Shown one piece after another: positions 29,819-43,235 of a stretch of 64,000 nucleotides of DNA (position 1 is its first letter; each line of letters starts with the position of its first letter). The DNA lies in NCBI RefSeq assembly GCF_009914755.1, contig NC_060945.1. One strand, 5' to 3'. Source of the stretch: the human T2T-CHM13v2.0 reference genome, Homo sapiens. The notes beneath the pieces were generated by a model that made no database searches, was not told where the DNA came from, and was given only the letters and a program-made list of their open reading frames with translations. The translations under genes and the position numbers were made by a program.

Positions 29819-30936
29819 AAAAATCTCAAGTTATCCTTTAGATAGTCCAATCTGCTTTAAACTTTGGCCCGAGTTATTTTCACGAACATCCTCTGTTTCC
29901 AATGGAGTAGATACCATATAAGACAGAACACTACAAATCACTTTGTGTAAACTCACCAAAGAAAGGGTGGGGGGGGGGGGGAAGAAAAATCAGCACAGAG
30001 TCTGCTCTTAATTAAAACCAGCTGATGATGTACAGCGATTTGTCTGGAGCACCCTGGCTGCGCTGGTTCCCTGACAGCTGAACATTCTTTCCTGCCTGTA
30101 CTGTTTGAACTATGTCCAATGGTGAAATCGTTAAACCTTTGATAACTGTAGTTTAAATGCGAGAAGGGAGCGGGGGAGCTTTCTGTTTTAAGCAAGAAAG
30201 AGAGATGAGTGTTGTATTACACAAATTAACAGTTAAAAAGTTAGTACTTATTAGATCATTTTCACTGGCTTTTGGTAGAATGCCTCTGGACATTTTCAGA
30301 TTACCTATTGACACTTTTTCACGGCACAAATGTCAAAAATCTCACTTCCTCTCTTCTTCCCTAGGGGATTCTTGCTGTAGTTAGAAGGGAAATAGTATGA
30401 ACCACCTGGTCTTACTCAAAGAAGCCTTGGGGATAGGTTAATTTCACAGTTGAAAGCTCCATGTGGGGGATACATTTACATATTTACTAATACAGAAAGG
30501 GCTACCAAAAGAAAAAAATCATGTGACTTCAGGAGAACTGCTCACAAACACACAAAACACTCTGTTTCATCCTTGAGTTTGACAGATGCTTGATAGGGAA
30601 CAAAGAATAACCAAGCTGTTCATCTCCAAATACCAAAGTAACTTTAAAATGAATTGCTGTTCACAGTTTCTGGAAGACAAATCGGCATTACGAGGATGTA
30701 AATAATAACCTGTCTGTGTGTTCATACACACCCTAAACGTTTAAAAGATATTTTTAGGTATAAAATATTTCAAAAACACAATACCCTTTCTAAAACAGCC
30801 ATCATGATATATCTGTATTATAGGAAAGTGCAGATATATACAGATAGTACGTAGTTATATTCATAGAAACATAGATGACAGATGGGTAGATAGGTAGATA
30901 GATTAATACTTAGTGTTTCAAATTATACTTGGAGCA

Positions 30937-31072
30937 ATTTTTTTTTTTTTGAGACAGAGTCTCATTCCATCACCCAGGCTGAAGTGCAGTGGCACGATCT
31001 CAGCTCGTTGCAACTCGTGCCTCAGCCTCCCAAGTAGCTGTAATTATAGGTGCGAGTCACAGCACACTGCCC
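30937..31072 (-). mobile_element. Alu monomer (FRAM/AluJ right arm, internally deleted)
   Basis: T-run followed by 'gagacagagtctc...caggctgaagtgcagtggcacgatctcagc...cctcagcctcccaagtagctg'. Confidence 0.8.
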
Positions 31073-33479
31073 AAATTTCCTTTTTAAACTTTGGTTTCAG
31101 CATAGCCCTGTCTACTACTTGGAGGTGATTTTGGTGTTTGGATATGTTAATACATTTTTGCCAACCATGGTAGCCATGGGGTCTGGCACAATGCTGTAAC
31201 CCCATTCTTTCAATAGAACGAATGCCCCTTAGGCTGTAAGTGTGGCCCCTGTTTCCTTTGAAGGGCTTTTAGAAATAGACAGAGTGTCTTTTCCCTGGGA
31301 CTCTGGACTCCTGGGGCAAAGCTTTTTAAGACAGGTGTGAAAATTATCCTGGTTGATTCAGAAATGAGTCATTGTCTCCTGGCTGCTGCTACTGATCTCA
31401 AGCTAGCAAAGGTCAAATGAAGTTCTGGTTCACATAAAGACATTCTATGCTGAGTTTTAAGCATCACTGGGGAGTCTTCCAATTCATTTGATTTGGGAGA
31501 GCTCAACAACATTGCTGATGTAGTTATCTTTGTCCAGTTAAACTTTTGCCAGACAACCATGGGACTTCTGGCCCACAGGAAGGTAAGGGAAGATAGAAAT
31601 TAGATTAAAAGACACCCAAGTCCAAACACAATTTCACCAGACAGGTAAATATCTTAATGCCAATTAGTTTTGACAAATATGAGACATATTTGGCTTTGTT
31701 CTATCTAGGGGTACTTTTTCATTTAATCAATCTCTCAATTAAAATTCTTTAGCATTGCTTATTTAGAGTCAAATAAATAAATATATCTGTCTGGGTATAA
31801 TTCATTTAAATTAGAGCACAATGTTTGCTCTATTTGCCTTACATATTGTCATTCAGGAAACATAAGTACTCATGAAATTTTGATTTCTATTAGTTAAACT
31901 GTATAAGCATGAAGGAGTTAGTAGGGTGGTAAGCCATGTGGGTTGTCTACACTCAACGCTTTTCTACCTCCACACATCTCCTTGCTCAGAAAGCTCCCCT
32001 CCACCAGCGTCCCAAAATATCAGAGAGTAGATGTATCAGCCCCCATGCAGCTGGGCTATGAGTATTGGCTGTGGACTGGGACCTGAAGGCAGGCATCTCG
32101 AGCACTTTGGAAAAGGTTTTCTTCTCTAATTACAAAGCCCTGCCTGGAAGGACGTGTCTCCCTTCTCCGGCCAGCTGTTGCTGTGCCTACAAGTGACCTC
32201 CGTAACAATTAATTCTATCTTGTGACCTGAGGATTCTGTGCAGAACAAGAGACACAGCACAGATTTTTGATGACATCAACAAGCCATCAAATTGACCCTC
32301 TACTCACTTACCTCTGAGCTTCAATTTCTTCATCCTTAAAATGGAAAGAATAAAAGCATTTGCTTTAGGTTTTTTGATTTTTGGGGGATGTGAGAATTAA
32401 ATAAAATAATGCAAATAAATCCACTTGATATTATGCCAAGGACATAAGACATGCTTGTTTTTAGCTTCTATCATTATTTTTATTACCACTTACAACTACA
32501 TGATACTATGTTTTCAGAGAAATTGAAATAGTTCCTAAAAGCCTTCATATGTTCAACAAAGATCATAATGTAAGCAGGAGTAAAATATCTGTCAGTCAGT
32601 ACATTTCTTACATAATCAATGCTTTTCCAGAATAATGTTTTTAAAAAACATTTTGAGGAGTAATTCTGAGAGAGACACCTGGATAGCTTATGAAACTGTT
32701 TAGTTCTCTCACATAGGATCTGCCAAATTGCTGACTTCTGCAAAAAACATTAAGAATTTAAAATTATGAATATGGAATAATAGTTTTTAAATGATAGACA
32801 AATATTTCCATATTTTATCAGCTCCTGGATTATACTGCAGTTTCACACCTGCACTATTTTAATAGGCTACCTTGTGGCCCAATGGTTTTAATATGTATTC
32901 AACCCTAAATAATCACTCATTAATCTTATATGACAACCAGATAGTAATATTTATTAATGTGCTATTGTCAATAGCAGACTTTATGCTACTTATAGTATCT
33001 GCATTTTTCCCCATAGTAAAGTTTCCTACACCCTAAACAGCTCATCTCAAAACAATGACAACCAGATATTCTTAACTTCATGAAAAATTTTATGAAATAC
33101 ATGTTTGTACCAAAAAGCAGTTTTAAATCCTCTCTTGAAAATAATTGGCAGAAAATTACTTAATGGAATATCATAATTTATTTTATAAATATAAATAAAT
33201 GTGAGCTTGCCTAGATCACTTTGGCTTAAATACAAATATATCCATTGTTTTTAAAAAGTGTCTGTTGTAATTATTAAACCTGCTAAGGAGAGGGCAAGAT
33301 ACCTGTAGACTGTTAACACATCTGATGATGAAGCCAATGATAAGGATTTTAGGGGTAAAATACGACTTCAGTTTGGTTGAGTGGTTTGTTTTCTCTTTGA
33401 GCATTATACCTCCTCTCTGAAGCCCCTTCAGATCATTTTTCTAGGTCTTAGGCACCTGAGGTGGGATTAAGTACTCTCT

Positions 33480-36400
33480 TCACTTCCCATACAGGCTTCC
33501 AAATCATTATCCTCTATGCCCTCTAAATATCATTGCTCCACTGAGGTTAATTCTCTACATATCATCTTTTCCACTTGTTTCAATTGTCTGCTGTCTTCCA
33601 AGCCAATCCTATACATTTATCAAAAAATCTAGCCTCTGAGACAAAGTTTTCTCTCCACCCAAATTCCACTGATCCACCATAATCTCCAGTGACTTTGGAG
33701 TTCAGATGGATGACCCCTCTAATGTCTTCCTTTGTCCATCTTAACTTCCACATCTCCAGTGGCCTTCATCTCTGCTCCATTTCAGGTACTTCCTCTTAAG
33801 GTTAAATCCTGGAATTTTTCCATCCTTGAATTCTCAAATACAAATGTTCCACTTTCTGATAAAAAATTTTCATTCATTGGGTTTTACTGTTACTCCTAAA
33901 ACTATGTGGTTTTTAGATTTACCAGGTCCCTTGGTACCTAATGTTCTTTCAGAATCAGCCTCTCCTGGCCTCTTTTCCTCCCCTGGATCCCATCATTAAA
34001 ATAACGAGGACCCTCAATTTCCTTGCCCTCCATCATTCTGTAACACCCCCTCAACAAAACTACAAAATTGGATCAATGTTTCAAGCCACATTCTTAGTTC
34101 CTATAACAAAGTGGTTGGATACTGTTAGAAAAAATATATTATTTGATATATCAGATAGGTTCCCAATATCTCCCATAAATTTATTTACTTCCTATTCAGG
34201 GACTCATTTTCCAATACCCTTCAATGTCTATGAAAAAGCTCCATCAGTCTTCTCAAGAACTCTATCTCATACAAGCTCATTAATTTTGGCAGACAAACTT
34301 GCCACTTTAATAAAATATTAAAGTAAACAGACAGTGTCTTCCCCAACTTTGTTGCAAGTGTTATCTATTTTAATATATGTATAAATCCTGAACATCTGTA
34401 ATTCCCATTTCAGTCCATAAGGCATCTCTTTTTTTTGTTGAAGTCTCCAAGTTATGCCTTTGCATCTCTTTCCTTCTCCTCAAGTCTTTTTCATTCATCA
34501 TCCCTACTCTGTCCCATATCTTCAATCTCTCCAATATTCCAATCTCAGCTAGAACCTGCACTTCGGACTACTAATACATCCAGGTTTTCCCAATTTAAAC
34601 ATTCCTTCCTGCATTGAACTTTCCAGGTGGTTAGTTTTGGTGAACTAACCACCAACTTGTTCTACATATTCCCATCTGTATTAGTCCATTTTCACACTGC
34701 TATAAAGAAATACCTGAGATTGGGTAATTTCTAAAGGAAAGAGGTTTAATTGACTCACAGTTCCGCATGGCTGGGGAGGCCTCAGGAAACTTACAATCAT
34801 AGCGGAAGGCAAAGAGGAAGGAAGGCACATCTTACATGGCAGCAGGAGAGAGAGAGAGACAGAGACAGAGAGAGAGAGAGTGTGTGTGCGAAAGGTGACA
34901 TACCACTTTTCAACCATCAGACCTCATGAGAACTCACTGACTACCGTGAGAACAGCATGGGGAAAATTGCCCCCATGATCCAATCACCTCATGCTAGCTC
35001 CTTCAATTGATACCTGGGGATAAGAATTCAAGATAGGATTTGGGTGGGGATGCAGAGTCAAACCATATCACCATCTTACCTACAGGTCTTCAAAACAGCA
35101 ATATATATTTCCTATATGCACTTTACTTTTTTCTCATTTCTTCCTTGGTCCTTTGCAATCTGACTTTCATCATAGTACCCAATTATAATAGTTTTCTCAG
35201 TAGGAAATCAATAATATTTTTACTGAAGATTCTAATAAAAAGTTCATTTTTTAATTTCCATGTCTCTTGGTGTCCTAGCCTCTTTTGAAAAGAGACTGGA
35301 CAGACACGCCCCAAGCCAGATGGAAGTCCCGGTATGGCAAACTAAAGAGCTTGGACTTTTCCAGCCAAATTTTGAAGAGATCTTGAAAGTTTATTCTCAT
35401 GAAGCTTTTTACCTTTTTTGCTTCTGTGATTTTGCGCTCTCATGGCTCTCCTTTCACCCTTCCTAGCTCTTTCTCAGACACATTTTCTCCTGCTCATCAG
35501 TGAAATGTTTTTGCTCAGAAGTCTATCCTCAGCTTGCTATCTTCTCACCCCACCTGGTTATTTCCTGGGTGATGCTGTCCACGCCCATGCTTTCCAATGC
35601 CTGGTATAGGGCATAGATTCCAATGTGGACAACTTTCATGCTGGCCTCCACCACAGCACGCTTCAGATGCACATATCCAGCTGTTTATTGCACACCATAC
35701 AACCCACAGGTATTTCATACTTTCTCTGTACTACACAGAACTCAAAATCTTTCCTACAAATTTCTGTCTTCCTATCTGTTCCCTATCAATTCACTCATAT
35801 AATTTAGAGAAATGGAACTTGCAGGCATCATTGTGCCTTTGCCCTTAACCAGTCACACTACAACTTCTTTTTACTTTATTCCAAGTTATTTCTTGATTTT
35901 TCCTATCTCCACCTCCTCTCCACCTCTCATGCATTTCTACTCTGGCTTCTGCAGGCCCCTAGTCATTTCTTGCCTTGATTAAGTGCAAGAGCCTCTAATC
36001 ATTCTTTCCACCATCAACAGTGTTCTCCTGAAAGCCATTCCCTGGAGTCACCAGAATTATCTGGTACCAAATCAAACCAAAACATGGCACGTCCCTTGAA
36101 TGAACCCTTCAGTGGCTGCTATCACCTCCAAAGCAAAGCCCAAGTGCCTTAGCAAGAACTTTGGTCACCTCCCCAGGAAATACTCTCACTCCTCCTGACT
36201 CATGCATGCTGTCAATATGGAACTCCTAAAGTTCTCAAGGATGCCCTGCCTGGAAGGCTTCCAAACCCACTTTGTCACAGTTCTCCTTGAAGGGTCTGTG
36301 ATTCAGCTCAGGGACTATCTCTTTCTGATTCCTCTTATGACACCTTAGGCTAGCCTAAGCCCTCTCCCTTCTATATGAATAAAACCTTATACCTGCACCT

Positions 36401-36690
36401 ATTATTTCATTTACTTTATAATGCATGCATTTTTGTGTAATATACATATATATATGTATATGCACATATATGTATTTATGTATATCTATATACCTCTATC
36501 TAATCTATCATCTATCTCTCTAGTCATTGCACTTGCTTTACAATGATTCACATGAGTTTGTCTAACCCTACTCATCTACGGACAACTTAAATCCAGTAAT
36601 GAACTTGTTCAGTCACCTATGAATCTCCAGTGACTACTGTGGTACATGGACTAAACAAAGTCTGTATTCTATCAATACTTTTGGAAGGAA
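33480..36690 (+). mobile_element. Long degraded L2, interrupted by THE1
   Basis: C/T-rich L2 ORF2 and 3' motifs ('gactttggagttcagatggatgacccctctaat', 'acccttcagtggct', 'atgccctgcctggaa'); boundaries approximate. Confidence 0.6.
34677..35070 (-). mobile_element. THE1D/MSTA-like solo LTR with internal (GA)n
   Basis: tgtattagtcc...aaccatatca; perfect 5-bp TSD ccatc at 34672-34676 and 35071-35075. Confidence 0.92.
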
Positions 36691-36755
36691 ATTATGAAGA
36701 AATACAGTTCCATCTCTCCCACAAACAGATCAGAATGTACGGAATAATAACTGGC

Positions 36756-37165
36756 TTGCATAATTTGGATATCTGTCCCCTCTAAGCCTCATGTTGAAAT
36801 TTGATCCCTGTTGTTAGATGTGGGGTCTAGTAGGAGGTGTTTGGGTTATGGAGGTGGGTCCCTCATGAATGGCTTGGTGCTGTCCTTGCAGTAGTGAGTG
36901 AGTGTTCACTCTATTTGTTCCCTCAAGAGTTCACCCCCTAGCCGGTTGTTAAAAGACCTTGGCACCTCCCTCCCCTCTCTCTTGCTTCTTCTCTCACCAT
37001 GTGACTTGCACAAGCCTGCTCCTCTTCACCTTCCCCAGTGAGTGGAAGATTCCTGAAGCTCTTATCAGAAGTAGATGTTGGTGTCATGCTTCTTGTACAG
37101 CCTGCAGAACTGTAAAACAAATAAACCTCTTTTCCTTATAAATTATGCAGCCTCCGTAAGTATTC
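36756..37165 (+). mobile_element. MSTB-like MaLR LTR
   Basis: 'ctcatgttgaaatttgatccc...ccctcatgaatggcttggtgc...gtacagcctgcagaactg...aataaacctcttttc'. Confidence 0.85.
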
Positions 37166-37649
37166 GAGGAGAGCTTTCTATGTGCTCAGCGCTCTTCCAG
37201 CTGCTAGAGATACAGCAGAAAACAAGATACGAGAAGTCCAACTTAGCAGAGATCACATTCCAGGGTGCCAAGTATCCTGACAACATAAAAGTCAGCACAT
37301 AAATGAACAAAAGGACTTCTGACAGGGCTAAGTCATTCAATTAATTTTAGAAATATTTATTGAACTCCTGTGTAAGGGTCAGATACTCTTCTGGGTCCAG
37401 AGCGTAGAGAAAGTAACAAAACAAATATCCCTTCCAACATGGAACATACAGATGAAATTCAAAAGGGGCTGGACAATGGTAGAGAGTGACTTGGTATAGG
37501 AGCTACATTCAATAGTACGGCCAGCTAGGGCTTCTTTAGGAGACACTGTTTGTGTTCAAGTTTGAATGATAAAATCAGCAAAGCACAGAGCTGGGATTGA
37601 GAGGGTGGAATATTCCAAGATAGGGAAAGATGATGAGCTTGGTGTACAC

Positions 37650-38225
37650 TGTACAGTAAATATAGCAGTCCTGAGACTGCTAGCCTGATGAACACCTACT
37701 TGCAAGGTTGGTCCCTGGTTCACATCTGAAAATTGGGATTTCAGTAATGTTTCCACCACTAGAGAGTGGCTTAATTAATTGATAAGCTTTAACTAATTGA
37801 TAAAGTTGGTTTACCATACCTGAAGTGTTTATAAACACAATGGGACTTATGCTGAACACCTGCTTTTCTTGGAGAGTCTGGAATGTTGGTGTGTGTTAGG
37901 GGAAGAGTGCCTATGTGATAAGCCCCAAATAAAAACTCTGGATACTGAATCTCTAACAAGCTTCCCTGGTAGACAACATGTGTCACAATTCAATGCTAAA
38001 GGAATTAAGCATGTCCTGTACGACTGCGCTGGGAGAGAGGACTCATAGAAGCTGGTTTCTTGTTTCCTCTGGACTTGAACTCATGTGCCTTTTCACTTTG
38101 ATCATCTCCTTTGGTATCTTTTCATTATAATACACTGTAGCTGTGAATATGACCATATGCTGAGTCCTGTAAGTCTTTCTAGTGAGTCATTGAATCTGAG
38201 AATGGCTGTGGGGATCCCTAACACA
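37650..38225 (+). mobile_element. ERVL solo LTR (MER68/MER77-like) within an L2
   Basis: tg...ca ends; 'atagcagtcctgagactgct...cttgcaaggttggtccctgg...agcttccctggtagacaaca...gaatctgag'; family name tentative. Confidence 0.7.
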
Positions 38226-39810
38226 TCGTGCATACTTACTTCGTGTAATTCATGTCATATATTTGAAGAAAGGGGTTAGTATGAACAAAAGAGTTGGGTT
38301 TAGTGCTAAAGACAGACAAAAACAAGGGATGTGTTTTGCAGGAAAGACCAGCTTAAGAGAATCAACACCAATAAGGCTGCATGGTAATAAAACCTTTGGC
38401 AGGTTTCATTCAACTGCTTTGACTCTTTTTTGGTCCTTTTATGGTTTTCTCATCATACCATTCTTTCTAAGTAACTCCAAGACTTTAGGCATTTAAGTTA
38501 TTCCTGGATATTGGCCTAAGCCTTTATCTTCTTAAAATGGTTCTTCCACGTTTACAACCATTACAATTCACCAAACATAAATTAACTGTCTTTGAGACTC
38601 CTCAAGATTACATTACTCCATCATTCAATGAATAGTTATTGAGTACAGATATTTTATTGCAACCCTAAGTACTAAGGTAGCCATTGCTGATTCAAAGATG
38701 ACTAAGACAAATCCATCTCTATTCTCAAGGAACTTGCTCAAGGGAAGAAAAGTGCCAAAGAAAAACAGGCAAAAGGGCTTTGTTCGGATGGCAGTTTTGC
38801 AATTGCATATAAGTTTTCAGGGCCTTCTGGCCATCCAAAGCCACATGTCCTATGCCACAGCCATGCTCCCAACAGGTGAACATAGAAAACTGTAGGTGAG
38901 TCAGCATATGGAAAATGCAGGGGATTCCTGAAATAGTACTGAGTCATTAATCACTGATATCCTGGCTCAGTTCACGAAGCAACTGGGAGTAAATAAGCAA
39001 AGAAAGTGAACTAATGCTTAGAAGATGGAAATACCCCTGGGGACATTTGTTGAGTCAGTATAAGAACGTGGAAAACTTCAACAGTCATAGATTCAAATGG
39101 AATGAAATAAGAGGAGAAGAACATTCCCCAACAGCTTGATCTCTCATCAAAAATTGCTGGCAAGCACCACTCTTCTGAATTCTCTACTTTGGGAATTGGA
39201 GGAAGGAAGAAAAGAAAGGAATAAAATGTTGTTCTGATCTCAGCGGATTCTAAATTTATGTGATGTGACAACACATAGTACACAAACACATAGCTAGTGT
39301 TTGATGTGTGATGTTGAATTGACTTATACAAGGCAAATTATAATACAAAGGAAAAATAACATAGAAGAAAACAACCTGGAGAAACTGATGGGAGGGAAGA
39401 TAGGCTTTGGAAGGGGTAAATTAATTAACTCAAAATAAGATAGTTTAAAAAAACAAACAAACTACAAATGGGGATTCATATGTACGGGTTGTTTCAAAAT
39501 ATTGAGTCTTGCCAAAGTTGCCTTGAGAGAAAAGTGAAAGTGACACTAGATATTGATATGTTTGGTTTAGTGGTACTTCCCACTAAATTTGGAGCTTCTC
39601 AAATATTATAAAGTGAATTTCTGATAGCCAGTTGCTTCACTGATTTCCATTGCAAAATCAAGGATGTGTTTTTTTCTTTTTTTAGGAAACAAAGATTTCA
39701 CTTACATGTAAAAGATATATTTAAGAACATAGTAAACTTCTAAAAGCACAGCTTAAAGAAAAAGAACCACCCACAACAAAACACTTTTTTCAAAATATCA
39801 ACAGTCATAG

Positions 39811-39811
<1 letters not shown>

Positions 39812-39846
<35 letters not shown>
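39812..39846. repeat. (CA)n microsatellite
   Basis: Seen directly. Confidence 0.95.
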
Positions 39847-39849
<3 letters not shown>

Positions 39850-40651
39850 GTATCATACAAATGTTGAATTGGTTTACAGTTGTTTGTACATTTCAGCTAA
39901 AGACCTAAATGTAGAAAATTGACCAAGTCATTTCATGAAACTCAGTGACCTTCATGTTCAGCATGGTACTTTCCCATTTTTTCTACTTTCTTCACTTAAG
40001 AACTTATTCCTACATATCTCTTTTAGCACATGTACACATTTCAGCATCCCTGATGTGAAGAGAGAGGGTCGAACACCCCAAGGACTGTGAAACTAACAAT
40101 CATTGACTGCATCCTCCTATTCAGTATTGTGCTAAGCACTAGACGGTCTGATGACATTTAATTCATAAATGCAGTGCACAATGGGTGTTCTTATTCTCAT
40201 GTTACAGTAAAGGCTGAAATGTCCATACTCTCTTTTGCTCCAAACAACAGGCTCTGAGAAGGCTCATCCACCGATAATGCCACATGCAAGGCTCGTCCCA
40301 TCAGCATTTGCCAGTCCAGTCCAGGGCGGGCTGCCAGGCCTGCCATTGTCTAGGGCTATTGGATCTCAGTGTTTGGGAGGACGCTTCATCCAGCCACACC
40401 AAATGCATGACTTTGAGGGACACCACCCCTCTTCAAAAACTGGAAGCAACTCAGCAACCTAACCAGCAATTTCACACAAACCAGGTCAGGGAGATGATAG
40501 CTTGTCCATGGGTTTACTTATGAAAGCTGCTCAGCAAATTTATTGTAGCTGGGTAGTAATGCAGGTTTGGTGACTCTTCAATGCCACATCTGCCCCTAAA
40601 GGAGTTCCAGGAATTCTGATGGAAATTCACTGAGTTTTACTTCTGTGCACA

Positions 40652-41088
40652 TTCTGTCACCCAGGCTGGAGTGCAGTGATGAAATCAAAGCTTACTGTAG
40701 CCTCAACTTCCGAGGTTCAAGCAATCATCCTGGCTCAACCTTCTGAGTAGTTGGGACTATAGGTGCATGCCACTATGCCAAAATAATTTTTTAATTTTTT
40801 TGCAGATATGGGGTCTCACTGTGTTGCCCAGATTGGAGTGCAGTGCCACGATCATAGCTCACTGCAGCACTGACCTCCAGGGCTCAAGCAATCCTTTTGC
40901 CTCAGCTTCTGAGTAGCTGGGACTACAGCTGTGCACCACCATGCCTTCTAACATTTTTAATATTTTTTGTAGAGGTGGGGTCTAATTATGTTGCCCAGAT
41001 TCATCTCAAACTTCTGGGTTTAAGCGATCCTCCTGCCTCAGCCTCCCCAAGGGCTGGGATTACAGATTTGAACCACCATACCCAGCCC
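40652..41088 (-). mobile_element. Trimeric AluJ (left-right-right)
   Basis: Two right-arm 'ggagtgcagtg' units followed by one left arm ending 'cccagcc'; no poly(T) head. Confidence 0.85.
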
Positions 41089-42999
41089 TTTACAGGTTCT
41101 TTAGCTTCTCCTGTGGATGCCAGTCCACAGGGACAGAATGCAGTACTCAAAGCTGAGAAGACAAGTTTTGCGCTTGCACAGGATTCCCCGTTAAAGCAAA
41201 TAACAATAATGTGAAGTGAAATGCTGTCTTTCAAAAAGTTATTTGCTCTTCACAGATTTTTTTTTCAGTGAATCCTTCCCATTTCTTTTACATAAGACAT
41301 TTCCCAAGTCTCATCACCTTTCTTAGGCCACAGGTAATTCAGAAAGCTATAGATTTAATAATTAATAGGATTCTACCAGACCATTTCTTTCCTTACATTT
41401 TCAATCAATCAGTCATTAGCTATTGAGCATCTATGATATCTTTCACCCTCCTTGGAATAAAAGCATTATTTTTTAAAAGTTTTCTTGGCTTCACTGACGC
41501 ATGTTCCTATCCTTTCTCCATGAATAACACTTGTTTGCTCAAGCCAGACACCTGAGGGAATCCTACCTGCCCACTCTCCCTATGTCCCCTCCAATCTGCC
41601 ATCCAGTTCTGCCAGCTGTTCCCAGTTCTCTCACTCTCTGGGTCTGGCCCTCATGCAGCTAGCTCAAATCATTGAAAGGACTCCATGACGGTCCACCGTG
41701 AACAATGCCTCTAGAACAGGAAAATATGATCACATCTTCCCTTGCTTAGGATTTTTCAAGTTTCTTCTGACCAAAGAATGAGCTCACCTTTCTTGCCTGC
41801 CGGAGGAGGCTATGCAGTCATTTATTCAGTTCAACCTGTTTTTATTGAGCACTTACTGTGTGCCAGGCATTGATTTAGGTGCTAAGGAAATAGCAGTGAA
41901 CAGAATCCCTGTTCTGGTAGAGCTTCCATTCTACTGAGAGGAGACAGATAATAAACAAAATAACTCATGCATGTGTGTGTGTTTGTATGACATGCACACA
42001 CATGTATATGTACATTTGTATACATACATGTATATTTATACTTATTTTTAGAAGGTGACTTGTGTACAAGGTGACAAAGAAAAACAAAGCAGGGCAGGAT
42101 TCTAGGGAATGCTGGAGGAGGGGTTCATTTTACATAGGGTAGTCAGGGAAGAAATCAGTAAGAAAGTGACATTCTGACAAAGATGTGAGTTAGTCCCTGC
42201 TTGTTTGTGCAACATCTTTTTTTACCGCCTCTCTGCCTTGCATATTCTGTTTCACAATATTGAACTCTTAGCTGTCTCAAACCTACCAGTCCTTCAGCCT
42301 CCAGGCCTCTGCACGCATGGTTGATTGGCCCCAGGTTGCCTGTTCTCTGCAAAGGTGGACTCTTAGTTGTCTTTTTTGTCTCTGCCCCTCTTCTCTTCCT
42401 GGGATTCTCTAGGCAGGCTCAAGACCCTCCCTCTGGGCTTTGACTTTGCCTGGAACAAACCTGCTAGAGTGACTATCAACTCATATCATAGTTCTTCTCT
42501 TTCCCTCTCTAAATACCTATATGCAGACATAGACATGTCCATATGTAACATATAACACATGTTATTCACTGAGTTTTTACTGGGGTAAGTATATTTTTAA
42601 AATACATGTGTATATGTTCTGTATTCTCCATTACTTTTTGAAACAACCTAATAAGGTAGAATTATCCCCATTTCACAAGTGAGAAAATTCACTTACCCAA
42701 TCCCTTTCCACTAATGGGGCTGGGCTTGAGCTGAAAGTTATCTGACACCACAGCCTTGGTCTGCCCACAATGCCCATAGCTTTCTCCCCAGAGCCTAAGC
42801 TCCCTTAGAGTACATTCTATAGCTTTGAGTTTTTGTGTCTTGCACCTAGCACAGTGTTCAGTACAGAGTAATTGCTCCCTAAATATTTATTGAACAAATA
42901 CATTTTAATACTATTCATTCATTCATTATTAATGATGTGCAAAATTTCTATGTCTAGCTTCCTAAGTGTGTCTCCATAGGCCCAATCTTTCAATAGCAA

Positions 43000-43235
43000 T
43001 AATAGCAATATTTTCATAGCACTTACCATGTACCAGGTACTGTTATAAGTACAAATATCAACTTTTTTGATCCTCACAACCCAATGAGGTAGGTACCACT
43101 TTTTTCTCCATTTTACAGAGGGAAAAACCAAGGCTTCAAGTAGTTAGTTCAATTTTTGAAGCTCACACAGCTAGCAAGTGACAGAACTGGGGTTTGAACT
43201 CAGGTGTCTTGGCTCCAGAGAGCCTCTGTTCCCCA
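43000..43235 (-). mobile_element. MIR SINE
   Basis: 'tcctcacaacccaatgaggtaggtac...ccattttacagagggaaaaaccaaggct...tttgaactcagg'. Confidence 0.85.
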
